From NCBI GenBank assembly GCA_013239625.1, contig MU056146.1, positions 3,905,812 through 3,969,811 of the forward strand: a DNA stretch of 64,000 bases. Reading direction: 5' to 3'. A program made the position numbers and the translations under genes. Under the pieces are notes generated by a model. That model was given only the letters and a program-made list of their open reading frames with translations. It had not been told where the DNA came from and ran no database searches. Source of the DNA: Lama guanicoe. Its lineage: Eukaryota. This document shows, piece after piece, positions 52,301 through 64,000 of this stretch (its first letter is position 1; each line of letters begins with the position of its first letter).

Positions 52301-54157
52301 AAATAAATGCTGAAAAGCACAAACAATATTTATAACTTTCCTGACTATCACTGGATTACTTTGGTTTTATTGGCAAAAGAGCTCAGGTGACAACTATGCT
52401 GAGATGAACATTGGAGAAAACATCCTAAGCGTTTTTATACATATAAAGATAATTTTAGCACTATACATTTACTGCTGTCTAAAATAATGTTTCCTTCTTT
52501 GTTGAAAATTACCTCTTTCAAGGGATACTTTGTAAATCTTCACTTGAAGACTTCAGGATTCATGGTTATACAATTTCATCAATGAGTTTCTAAAATCACT
52601 TCAACATTGAAGCCCCTTGTTTATTTTTATTATAGCACAAGGTCTATCACCTCATTAATAATTTTTAATTTCCATTCATAACTTCTTTAGCACTGCTTCT
52701 TCCTTAAGACTAGAATCACAAGCAGCATTCTAGTGATAGTTCATCATTTAGCATTATTTGTTTACAAAAATCTTTCCCCATTATCTTCAGCATTTTGTTG
52801 GCTGCCTTGGCCACGGTATGTTATCTGGGTAATGTCTTCACTACTTGTGGACACTGAAATCATCTGTGATTTTTTCACTAACACCATCTTGTGATGGTCA
52901 ATAAGGAAAACGATTAAAAAAAAAGAAATTCCTAAAGAAATCCCAAAGAGGAGTCTCATGATTCTGCTCTTGTTAGAAGGATGAGTAATATTTGTATAAC
53001 ACTATAATTTACAAGAATTTTTACCCACTTTATGAAACCTCAAAACAAACCTTGACTAGTATCATACCCACTTTACAGATAAAGATAAGTTGCTTTCCAC
53101 CACAACTACGAAGGGACTAAAGTTTTTTTTTTCCCTTTCTCCAAACCATTTCCTTTGCATTAGTTCCCTTTGGGGTAGAAGCTTAGAAAGCTTTTTACCA
53201 TCCTTAGCGTATGTTAGGGTAGTGAATTCGTGATTTCCTATTTATCATTCATGAGTTCTAAAGTGTGCAGTAGCACCAAGGTAACAAATGCATGTTCACT
53301 GGTAATGTCTGCACTTGACAATGCTTCACACAAAGGCATTACTGTTTTATCCCACGTAAAACATCACTGGTGTATAGTGTGCCAAACTTAGTAACGTGAA
53401 CTTTATCCTGTTCAAGTTCACATCTCTCTTGAGTTTCCTCTGGGCGCAAGATACAAGATCCGTCCTAACAGGTCTTTTTTCCATTATCGTTGATGTTGGC
53501 TGCACACTCTAGAGCCCTTTGCTTTCTTAGCTGCTGTGCTTCTTTGGTTTCTTCTGCACAGAATCTTCCAGCATTGCTCTTTTCTGGACACGCTGGTCCA
53601 CTGGGCAGTTGTGGGATGGGTCCCAAGCTTCCGTGCCATTCTCACTTACCTGCCTTAGGTCCCTAATGTACCTGACTGTCCCTGAAATGCTCTCGCCTCC
53701 ATCAGCTCACCCCACTTTTCCGAGCCCCAGCTTCTCCTGCCCGTTTCTCGAGCACTCTTCAGTTCGGTCTGTACTGGTCCCCGAGACGCTCCAGCGGGAG
53801 GCAGGAGGCTCTGGGACTGATCATGTTCTCCAGTCCATCCCCTCGGATTCCCAGGATCAAGTTTGGCTTCTCATTCTGGACGTGGCGACTTCATCTTCCT
53901 CCCCAGACAGCACACCAGAAAACCTCGAATGCTGACATCCTTCTCCTCACTAATCTAGCGCGAGGGGACCGACCCAAAAAGGCTTCTGCGGCCTGCGCAT
54001 GCGGACTCGGGGCTGCCACACAGCCTCCCCGGCTGCCTCCCTCCGGCCGGCCGCGGCGGTTTCGAGCCCCTGACAGCTCCACCACCGGCGGACGCAGCCT
54101 CGTCTCGTGCTTCCACGTTATCCTATCAGAGACGGGGCGGGGCGGCGGCCTCCGCAG

Positions 54158-54176
54158 CCTATCAGCGCCAACCACG
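54158..54176 (+). promoter_or_regulatory. ERSE-like ER stress element
   Basis: CCTAT-N9(cagcgccaa)-CCACG vs ERSE CCAAT-N9-CCACG; DNAJC3 is an established ATF6/XBP1 target. Confidence 0.75.
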
Positions 54177-54408
54177 ACCCCGGCGCGCCCAGTAGGAGAG
54201 CGGCCAGGAAGAAGGCGATTGGGCAGCAGCGGCTCTCGGGGCGTAGCGTCGCCTGGGTCCCGCCCACCGCTGCCTTCCTCCGCTGGGCGCCAGCCGCCTT
54301 GGGCCTGAGCGAGAGCCGACGGCGGGCGGGCGCAGCTGCAGCCTGGACACCGGCGGGGGCTGCTGGGCCCCGCACCTTTGCTCCTCCTCACCGCCCGCAC
54401 CCTCGGAC

Positions 54409-54490
54409 ATGGTGGCCCCCGGCTCTGTGACCAGCCGGCTGGGCTCGGTGTTCCCCTTCCTGCTGGTCCTGGTGGACCTGCAGTACGAAG
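54409..54490 (+). CDS. DNAJC3: DNAJC3 (p58IPK) coding exon 1, signal peptide MVAPGSVTSRLGSVFPFLLVLVDLQYE
   Basis: Recognised DNAJC3 N-terminus; GACATGG start context; AAG|GTGAGT donor; exon 2 not seen in the window. Confidence 0.97.
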
Positions 54491-56465
54491 GTGAGTCGTG
54501 TCCTGCCCTGGCCGGAGGAGCGGGCTCCCCGGCCAGGCCTCCCGGCGCTCCCCAGCCTGCCTCTGGGCGAGTCTCGGGGCGGCCCGGGCGCTGGGGCGCG
54601 AGCCCGGGACTGGGCGGCCCGGCCTGGGCCTGAGCCCGCTCCTGGGAGGGGGCCGGCGCCCGGTTCCGGGTTTGTCTGGGGAAGAGGAGCGGGGAGCGGC
54701 GGGCCGCGGGGCCGGGACGGCGTGTTTGGAGTGACGAGCGGGGCCGAAGGGCTGGGGCGAAGCGGGGCACCGGGCAGCGACTTCTGCAGCGTCCTGGGAC
54801 GCGTCCTGCGCAGCTGTCGGGTTCCGGCCTCGCTCGGGACCCTCGCTTGGCGCCTGGGGACTCTGTCGGTCAGCGGTGCTGGGAGGAGGCGGTAAAGGTG
54901 GCCAGAGGGGAGGCTTCCTTCACTTTCGCGTTCCGGAGGGTGGAGGGGAGAGTGTCCGGCTGAGTGAAGTGAGGGGGGCAGTGTTGACTGCTAAGTGAGT
55001 AACTATCACACCACCATACTCTGCGGTGTGTGAGGAAGTTGTTAGGTCGGTGCGTTAAGGAGCGGGTGCCGGAATTCAAGCTCCCGGCGGGCAGGGCATT
55101 AAGTTTGTGGTTTTACAATAACCAGCCTGGTATCTTTCAACCTTCCTTTTCCGAGTTCTCTGAAAAAAGTTCCCCTTAAAAAGATACTAACGCTTAAGTT
55201 TCACGTCAGTCCTACAGTTTGGAATGTTGGCTCCTCTACAGCAAGAATAGAGGGCTGTCCCGTCTTAGTTGTCAGCGGGAGAAGTAAGAATTAAAGGTGC
55301 GAGTGCACGTTGAACTGATGCTCCTAGCTTGGTTACCGTGCGAAATATTCGAGTTTAATGACATATCACCTGCACTGATCTATTTTCATCCCGCCGAACA
55401 GAGCTATTAGGCGGGTTAAATTAAACTTTTTAATACTGTACCTACTATTAGAGGGAGTGAGGGGCTGAAGTCAGGATTTTTTTTCTGATAAAATACCCTC
55501 AAAATTACCAACTTAGGAAAAGGTAATACTCTCCAGTTTTTAGGTCTCATTCATGGCAGTTTTTTGGGTGGGGGTTCCCCCTGGGGACCATATATATTTT
55601 TTGAACCAAAAATCAGAATATGTAGCATGACAACATCGGGATGAAGAATTTGAGGCTGCCCCAGAAAATCTTTGGAATTGGAATTTGAATGCCTGGACCA
55701 CTGTAATATGGGTCATGTATACCAGTTCTGCATTTTCCAGTGTTAAGACTTCCCACTCCATCAAGTGTAGCATTAATATCTAGTTACCTTAAATTTGGCC
55801 ACGTAAGAGAAAGTTGCCTATATTGTGTTTAACGTCAATTATTTTTTAAGTTACCAAAGTACACACTTTTGTATGATTTGTTTGTGGATTGCCTTTCTAG
55901 AATTGCTGTTCTGTGTATGATTCTTTAGGACTCTCACACTTCGTTTCTCTCCTGTGGTATTTTCCAAAAACTACCCAGCTTGCCAGAGAGCTTTTCTGTA
56001 TAGGAGGCATTGGTGACACTTCTCAGAGGAGTACCAGAGAGCTGTCTTCTTTAGGGTGTTGTCTGTGTAAGGTAGCAGGGACTTGGGTGCGGGGGGTAGG
56101 GAAGAAAAGAAAAAGATCTTAAATTTACTGAAGGTCTGCTGTGTACTGGGTGCTCTGTTAGGGGCCTGTTTGTAGGCTGTCTCTTATTCATGGAGGTATG
56201 TGCTGTTATTTCTACTTTATAGACGAAGGAACTAAGGCTCCAAGAGTTTCATTAACTTGGATAAGGTCATAGCTGTTAACTTTCAGAGCCATAAGTTATT
56301 TGACTCTAAAGTTCATCTTGTGTGCAGGCTGGAGACAGAAGTTAAGTAGTTGACAGCATCAGGTGGGCCCAAACATTTGTAAGTGGTGGCAGCTGAGAAA
56401 AATCAGCGTTTTTGTTTGTCACTAGCAGTAATGAATAGGAAGGTGATTTCCTGACATGTTTAATA

Positions 56466-56620
56466 CAGTGGTTCTCAAGCTTGAGTGTGCGTCAGAACCT
56501 CACATGGAGGGCTTTTTAAACAGCGTGCTGTGCCTCACTCCCAAACTTTGATTCAGTAGGTCTAGGTGGGACTTGAAATTTTGCATTTCTAAAAAAAAAT
56601 CACTGGTGAGAATCACTGGT
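56466..56620. mobile_element. MER5A
   Basis: CAGTGGTTCTCAA...GATTCAGTAGGTCT. Confidence 0.7.
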
Positions 56621-57640
56621 GTAATAAATTGTACAGAGGAGTTAAATTAGGTATCTGTTAATATACTCCACTGTATTCGGTGATAGGGATATAAAGATGA
56701 GGCAGAACCTCTGACTTTCCTTAGCATCAGCTACTGTTTTCCCAAATAAATTCTGTGTCTCGGTTCTCTAACCTCAGAGTCCTCTGGGAGGCATTCAGGA
56801 CTGCACTACTAGGCCTGAGGCTTGGAGAGAGAAGAAATAAAGGAGAATGGGTGTGAGAAGAGTGGATGTAAAGCAAAGAGCTGCATACAAAGGAGAGAGT
56901 CACCAATAATTAGCTTAGCTGGCCTAGTTTTTTCTGATTTAGAAATATTCATCTTTTTTTTTTTTCCTCTAGGCTTTTCTATTAATTGTAATTCAGGGAA
57001 GGAAACTATGTAATAGGTTCATGAATTGAAAGGTTAAATCTTATAGCCTTCCTTTTCAAAAAGGCCTTTGAAAGAGGGAAGTCCAAAGCACTGCTTTAGG
57101 AATAGAAGTTTTGGAGCAGAGAGAAAACTTTAGTAGTATCTACTTTAGTATTCTCATGTTATAGATAAGGAAGCTATTTTAATTCTCTGCTAATGGTTTG
57201 TTCTATTTGGTGACCTAAGTAGGAACACAACCTGGGAACCAAACCTTTTATCTCTTTTTTTTCTTTAACATTCTTTCTGGACCCAATTTTTCTTTATTTC
57301 ACTGAACTGATCTGATTAAACCATATATTTTGGACATTGGGAAAAGAATAGTTGGAAATCTCCTGAGTACAAAAGATGGTGATACTTTTTATGTGAACCT
57401 AACTTACTAAAAATATGTTTCGTGTTCTGTATGACTTTCTTGATGTTATTTAAATATGGAAAAAGTGAATAAAGTCGTGAAAACAAATAACTAAGTAATT
57501 NNNNNNNNNNNNNNNNNNNNNNNNNNNNNNNNNNNNNNNNNNNNNNNNNNNNNNNNNNNNNNNNNNNNNNNNNNNNNNNNNNNNNNNNNNNNNNNNNNNN
57601 NNNNNNNNNNNNNNNNNNNNNNNNNNNNNNNNNNNNNNNN

Positions 57641-58335
57641 GTAGCGTGATAAAGTCTTGCACTGTTTCACTCTGGTCATGAATCATCCTTTTGTCCCATG
57701 TATCCCGCCCATTTAGTCACTTAGTAGCCATCTGGATTATCAGCCGTATCGCAGGGCTTGTGTTCAAGTAATCCTTATTTTACTTAATAATGGCCCCAAA
57801 GTGCAAGCCTAGTGATGCTGACAATTTGGAAATTTGGATATACCAAAGAGAAGCCATAAAGTGCTTCTTTTAAGTGAAAAAGTGAGTTTTTGACTTAATA
57901 AGGAGAGAAAAAAATTGTATGTTGTGGTTGCTAAGACCTATGATAAGAATGAATCTTCAATCTGTGAAATTGTGAAAAAGGAAAAAGAAATTTGTGCTGG
58001 TTTGTCTGTCACACCCCAGACTGCAAAAGTTGTGGCCACAATGTGTGATAAGTGCTTAGGTTAAGATGGAAAAAGTATCACATTTGTACAGTAAGATATT
58101 TTGAGAAGAGAGACTACATTGACACCTTTTATTACAGTGCATTGTTGTAATTGTTCTATTTTATTATTGTTGTTGTCGGTCTCTTACTGTGTCTAATTTA
58201 TAAATCAAACTTTATCGTAGATGTGTATGTATAGGAAAAAAACAGTGTATATAAGGGTTCAGAACTATCCATAGTTTTGGTATCCACATGGGACCTTGGA
58301 ATGTGTTCCTGGAGGATAAGGGGGGGACTCTTGTA
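57641..58335. mobile_element. Tigger7/MER44-type DNA transposon
   Basis: Terminal GGATAAGGGGGGGACT..TGTA and internal MER44-like sequence. Confidence 0.75.
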
Positions 58336-61300
58336 AGCTGAGTATTCTAGTGGATGGTCAGATAGCTTCTAGAATTATTTTAAATTCACTTAATGATATA
58401 GGCTATAGTTAGCAGTAGTGTCCAAGTCTCAGTTCCTTGACTAGTTAGCTGAGTGAGTGCCCGGAAATGCAGCAGTTTTGATCCTGTGGGTCAGAGGGAG
58501 TTGTTCTGAGATGGGGTGCCCGGTAGCAGTTAGGCTTTGCTGTCCCATCTGAAGCTAATTAAATTGTGGTTAAGCTTAACTTCTATTGCCGTCGTGTTTC
58601 TTTGCTTATTGTCCAGCTATTGATCTTTGTTTATCTGGAAATATCATGGGAACCCCGTCACCTGCTCTTAAGAACAAAAATACCATTTAAACCATAAGTT
58701 GATTTTTCTTTCAAGATCTTTAGAATGCTGCTTTAAAAAAAAAGTAAATGTAAACAATCTGATGAGTTTGTGCTATTTGGAGTTGCAGAATGTGTAGAAG
58801 ACTCATGTAATTGGTCAGTAGAGGCTTCACGGTACTGCTCTTCGGTGAGGATATGTAGTGTGGGACTCACGGGTTTTTGTCTTTGAGTTTATAGACCACG
58901 TGGGGATATAAAACATGCTTTGTGACATATACATGTCCTCTTTCCTCCTTTCTCAGATTTAGTGATCCGTCTTGTAGTCACTCTGAAAACACCGTTTAAT
59001 TTTCTTGCCCCTGTATTCTTTTGTTATACTTAGCAAAATTTGAACTGATTAAAGTCAACTTGTTTGTCCAACCTCAGAGCTGAACATGGAGAAGAGTGAA
59101 AATAACCCTGCTGACTGGTCTCATTTTAAGCATACAATCTCGATTTCAAATGCACGTGCGATACTGCTAACATTCTTACAATTTCCTGGTATGTCTGTTC
59201 TTGAATCAGTATCTCAAACCTTTTCCTCTTTCCTTAAATCTCCAGTTTAAACCCTCCTTTCCTTTATTGCATTGCCTCGTTGTTTTAGACCTTGTCATTT
59301 TTGAGAAAATGAAAGCCATCACAGGGAAGTTTCCTCTTCTTTCTACCACTAAATTTACTGACCTACCTGCATCTGTACCTTCTCTGCTACTTTTCTTATG
59401 TTAATGGATAAAGCATCTCTATTCGTGGCAAAATCCAATTCCTGTATTTACGCCCTGGATTCTATTTCCTCGCACCTGAAAATACTGCTTTTACACTTAT
59501 GTTTTCTCCTGCGTCTTCACTTGCTCCTCTGCTGGGTCATTGACATCAGGACTCTAACATGCTGTGGTGTTTCCATCTTAAACTGTCCTTTGATGTTATG
59601 TGTCCCTTCAGCTACTGAACAGTATCATTGTTTCTCTTGACAGCAGAACTTTAAAGAGTTCTTGGTAGTCTGTATATCCTCATCTTCTGTTCTCTTCTCA
59701 ACACAGTCCTCCGCTAGTACTGCAAAGCCTTACTTATCTGACTCCTGTTTACTTTCATCTCTTTTCATCTTTATCTTCTCCTCCATCACTAGGTTCTTAC
59801 CGCTTTACTTCCAAGTGCTAAACTCATTTCTGACTAAGTGTCTTTATTCTTGTTGTTCCTACAGTCTGGAAAGCTATTCTCTGTGATCTTCAAATGTGCA
59901 GTCATATTGCAGCCATGACACACTATGTAAAAAAGCACTCTCTAGATCAGTTAATACTCTCCTTTTACTTTTTTGTATTTTCTTCATAAAACTTAACATT
60001 GTCTTGAATTACCTCCTTTGTATTTCTTGTCTGTCTTTTCCTCTAGAATATGAACTTTATGGAAAGAGCTCTTGTCTCTGTACCTGAAACATGTTGACAT
60101 GAAGTAGGTGTGCAATAAATATTTTCAAAATGGATGAGTGAGGTTGGCTGTTTTAACTGGTGAATTTGTTTGTTTGTTTGCTTTCGTCTGGTATGGACCC
60201 TTCTAAACTTATTTTCCAAGTTGAAATTCCTTGAGCAAGGACTCTTATCACAACATTTATACCTTTATAGTTAATTGAAGCAAAGACTAATGTCCATTCA
60301 AATTGAGCAAACCTGGTTACAATAGATTTTATTTTCCTGTTTTACCCAGGAAGATTTTGGAGCAGTCACTGTTCACATGTACTTGCCACATAACTACTCA
60401 GCCTTTTTTTCCTTTCAGTTTGGCTGTATATACTAAAAAACACTTTTTAGGTTAGGGTGATTGGAAGGAGATGCTTATAATGTCTAGGGTTTCCTGTTGA
60501 GGGTATTTTTATTTAAACTGTTCTGTCATTGGTCCTCACTTGACTGTGGAATTGCTGAGATAATGAACTTCTTGCTCTGTCTTTCTGTGGCTAGATTCTA
60601 CTGTTTTCTGTGTTTTTGCCGTGAGACTTCTTTCAGACTCTGCCCCATCTTGCTTTGATCTTAGATTTAAGTAGGACCTTTTACAGACAGTATTTTTTAT
60701 TTTTCGGCCTTGTGTTCCTTTTTAGAATGACCTTAACGTTTTCCTCCTCCCTCATATTCCAAGTGTTGCAGCCTGAGCAGCCACCCCCGGGCTTGCTTCT
60801 GCTCTGCCCCTGGCCTTAGCATCTCTGACCACCAAGTCTTGCCTTTTTCAGTCTGGTTCTTTCCCTCTTGATTGTGACTCTCAGCACATCGTATTTCTAA
60901 CCCCTCAACTTCATGTTTCTTAAAATTGTTTATTTTTTTCTCTCTAGAATATGACAGATTCTAATAGTACTTCAGTGAAAGACTTAGCTATTCCACTTTT
61001 TCTCCTGCCCTTCCTATATATTTTGCTAACCTTTGGCTGATACTTACCTATGGAGAAAGAAATCTGTTGTTTAACTTTGCTCAGGAGATGGCATGATGTT
61101 TGGTTGCCTGATCTCTCAGAAAATAGGAGGAAGCTCTCCTTGTCACTGTCTCCCAAGATGTGGCAAAGGAAAAAATTATCCATGGCTCTAAGTACACAAT
61201 TGAGATACTGCAAAAACAGCCATATTTATAATTAAAAAAAAATTAGTGTCTTTATAAGTCTTTGGTAGTATCAATTTGATTTTATAATTGTTTATTATAT

Positions 61301-62345
61301 ATCTTAGGTTCTGTTATTCTGATGAATTATAATACATTTAAGAAGGAATTTGGTTATATTCCTTCAGTGAATATCGAGTGCCCACTTTGTGCCTGTTACT
61401 GAACTGGGTGATATAAAGAAGAAAAGACGGTTCATTCTCTCAAACTTGCTTTTAATCAGGTTTGGGACTTTGGAGGTTGTGAGAGGCAGGCAAATAGTGA
61501 AGGTCAACTTACTGAGACTGTGGTATAGTTAAGTGAGGTGATGTACTTGTGAGTCGGGGGATGCACAGTGTAGGAGGAGCAGAGAAGGAGCGTTGCCCAC
61601 TTTCTCACTGAAGCAGTTAGGGAGGATTTCACAAAGGAACCAGCATTCGAGGGCAGAATCCTGATGAAGGAGTAGAAGTGTTCCAGGTGGGCAAGTGGGG
61701 AAGGCCTTTTCATGGAATAGCAAGTGCCTAGGGATGCCGCGTGAGAACTAGTGTGTTTAAGGAAGTACAACCAGCTCGTTGTGTTACAGGAGTGTACAGT
61801 AAGGGGGAGGAGTGAGGGTGATGAGGCTGGACCACTTCAAGGGACCTGGTCATGAATGGTCTTATTTCCCTTTAGATCTGAAAGAACTTGATTGAATCTA
61901 GCCAGCGATGTGAAAATACTGCAGAATTTTTATTAGAAGTGCATTTTGGAAGGGTTGCTCTGGCAGCAACATTGGGGCTACATTTGGAGGAAGGTGAGAG
62001 AAGATCCCAGTTAGGAGACACACCACTGTTATGAGGAGAAAGGGACCTATACAACCATCACTTACACTGTGGCAAGTTCTCTTATGGAGAAGTCACCGAG
62101 GTGCACTGGAGGAGTAATAATGAATTCTCCCTGGATTATTTGGGTGTGCCACAGAAATTTTTGTCGAGGAAGTGGTATTTACTTATTAAATGGAAATTCT
62201 GTTGGATAAAATTGTAACATAATAAAGATCTGAATTTTATTTAAAAGGGACATAGAAATGCTGGATGCCTCTTTTAATCGTAGAAGGCAAGAGAAACATA
62301 GTTTGAAATGAAATTCAACCTTTGGAGTGACAGTATACATAACTT

Positions 62346-63151
62346 TTTGGAGGGATGCCAAAATTTTAGTTTAAGGAATATACAAATGAAAGAATGTAGG
62401 TGGATGTTTTGGTACAGCTTATAGAAAAGGTGAAGGTAACTCCAACATGCGTGCACTGCCTTGGTGACAGGAAAGTGACCCTGTGGCTGTGGGAAGCCAG
62501 CCTGGGACTTAGCTCTCATTCTCACTGTCTCCCAGGGTGTGCTTGTAAAAGACATACTCTGCCATGCTGGATTTGTGGGCCCCCGTCTTGTGCAAGTTGG
62601 TGTTGTGGTCACCCAATTCTTTGATGGATTTTATCTGCTCATTCAGGTAATGTCTCGGTGAAGTCACACAGGCAGGTATCATTTTTGTCAGTGGCCAGTT
62701 TGTGCAGTTCCAGAAGGGACTGATTCATTCTTTTTTTCCAAGTGTAATGCATATTCTGTTGCATTCAGTCGGCTTGCTGTCTGGGTTGTCATGGTTCAGT
62801 TTCTTGATATCCTGAAGAATTTGGGATTCAGCCACCTTGTTGGTTCTGTAGCTTCACCAGTTTCTCATCATATTCCCTCTCCTCATGAGACTGCTGAAGG
62901 AAATATTTGACGATGTTCTTCAAAGCAACACCATCAGAGTCAAAGCAGGAAGACGCGGGCAGGGAGATGTAGGTGGTGTAGAGCTCCAGGTGGATTTGGC
63001 AGTTGATGGTGGCCTCCGAGTCCTGGTGGTCGTTCTGGCACACCTGCAAGAGGGACCCGATCATCGTGGTAGGCAGCTGAGGAGGGGCCACCCAGGGTGC
63101 TGTGAGCACGTGTTGGAGTGCTGGTTCGCCACTGTCCAAGCAGGAAACTGC
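62346..63151 (-). pseudogene. Processed ferritin heavy chain (FTH1) pseudogene, antisense in DNAJC3 intron 1
   Basis: Intronless; ATG at 63064 (...[23 protein letters not shown]...KLQNQQGG); TGA at 62828-62830 in place of Arg; several indels; native end [13 protein letters not shown] at 62509-62511; FTH1-like 3'UTR and IRE remnant. Confidence 0.95.
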
Positions 63152-63369
63152 CATGACTTAGGGTGAAGAATGTCTGGCCTGAGGCATCTGGACAAACCGT
63201 TCAAAGAACTTTGCAAATGCATTTTTGGCTCCCACTAGACTTCAGGTTCAGCCTGTGAGGTGGGAAGTGATTGGGGCTAAAATGTTACATTAAATGATGG
63301 GTTGGGTGAGTGAAGCGTGCAAGGCTTGGGGACTGTGGAAAGCTTAGCCTGTTTTATATGGGGGGAAGG

Positions 63370-63580
63370 TTCATGAGCTGTGCTGCAAAGAAAGCTGGGC
63401 TTTAGAATTGGGTCTCGTTCTGACAGTTACTGTGAGTCTTTAGGCAGATTGGGTAACTTCTTTGAGCCTCAGTTTCCTCAGTTATAAAAGTATAAAAGAT
63501 GTTAACTTTCTGGGTTTGTTTTGTGCAAATTAAGTGAAACAAATATACTAAAAGTATCTGGCATATTGTAAGTTCTTAAT
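63370..63580. mobile_element. MIR
   Basis: Core GAGCCTCAGTTTCCTCA motif. Confidence 0.65.
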
Positions 63581-64000
63581 TGTCTTCTGTTACAACTGAC
63601 CTGTTAAACATTTTTATGACTGGATAAGGAAAGTACAGTGACTTATGGTTTATCTCATACCCAAATTTCTTACCTCCTCAAGCAGTCTGGAATCCTCAAT
63701 TCAGTACATTGATCTGATCTTCCCTTTGAGGAAAAAAAAGGGAGATGTTTGAAATCTTCATGTTGTTTTAAAGACTACCTCTCCGCCCCTGATCCCTCAT
63801 ATGTTGAGAATAAGAAACACATAGATACCCATTGACTTGCCTTGTGATTCACTGTACCAGCTGTAGCAGGCTGATGGTTCAACAGCCAGCACACAGCATT
63901 TTCACCATTCTTATTTGATCCCTAGTTTATTCTCTAGCATCATTTTAACGTGGTTTCTGTACCTGCTTCTGCATGAGTGATGCAGTCTTTTATATTTTGC

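Larger units (their letters stand above)
53950..54960. promoter_or_regulatory. CpG island / DNAJC3 promoter
   Basis: CpG-rich; NRF1-type TGCGCATGCG 53994-54003; GC box GGGGCGGGGC 54134-54143; ATTGG 54218-54222. Confidence 0.9.

Noticed and set aside
53823-54895. Multiple 100-200 aa ORFs around DNAJC3 exon 1
   Set aside because: CpG-island artefacts; only 54409-54490 matches a protein and has a donor
62828-63154. Functional ferritin gene
   Set aside because: Premature stop, frameshifts, many substitutions and no introns
1-64000. CRISPR array, operon or other prokaryote-type system
   Set aside because: No repeat-spacer array; the sequence is intron- and repeat-rich mammalian DNA

Overview
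Mammalian genomic DNA, not prokaryotic. A tRNA-derived SINE resembling the camelid vic-1 family, with no Alu, Bov-tA or PRE-1 elements recognised, suggests a camelid (inference). The window covers the head-to-head DZIP1/DNAJC3 locus. On the minus strand is the 5' part of DZIP1: 12 coding exons from 34122 down to 2608, all GT-AG and phase-consistent, giving 511 codons, with the gene continuing left of the window. It also has three predicted non-coding leader exons and two CpG islands. On the plus strand are the DNAJC3 (p58IPK) CpG promoter with UPR elements, coding exon 1 (54409-54490) and part of intron 1. That intron holds an antisense, disabled FTH1 processed pseudogene. The rest is typical interspersed repeats (L1, L2, MIR, Tigger/MER, MaLR, solo ERV LTRs) and six N-runs. 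No novel multi-gene system is evident. The best leads are: an apparent ancient tandem exon duplication in DZIP1; a predicted multi-uORF DZIP1 leader with an ATF4-like layout; a perfect antisense splice donor upstream of the UPR-responsive DNAJC3 promoter pointing at DZIP1; an RFX X-box; and candidate poison exons. Repeat family names come from recognising consensus sequences by eye, not from a database search.
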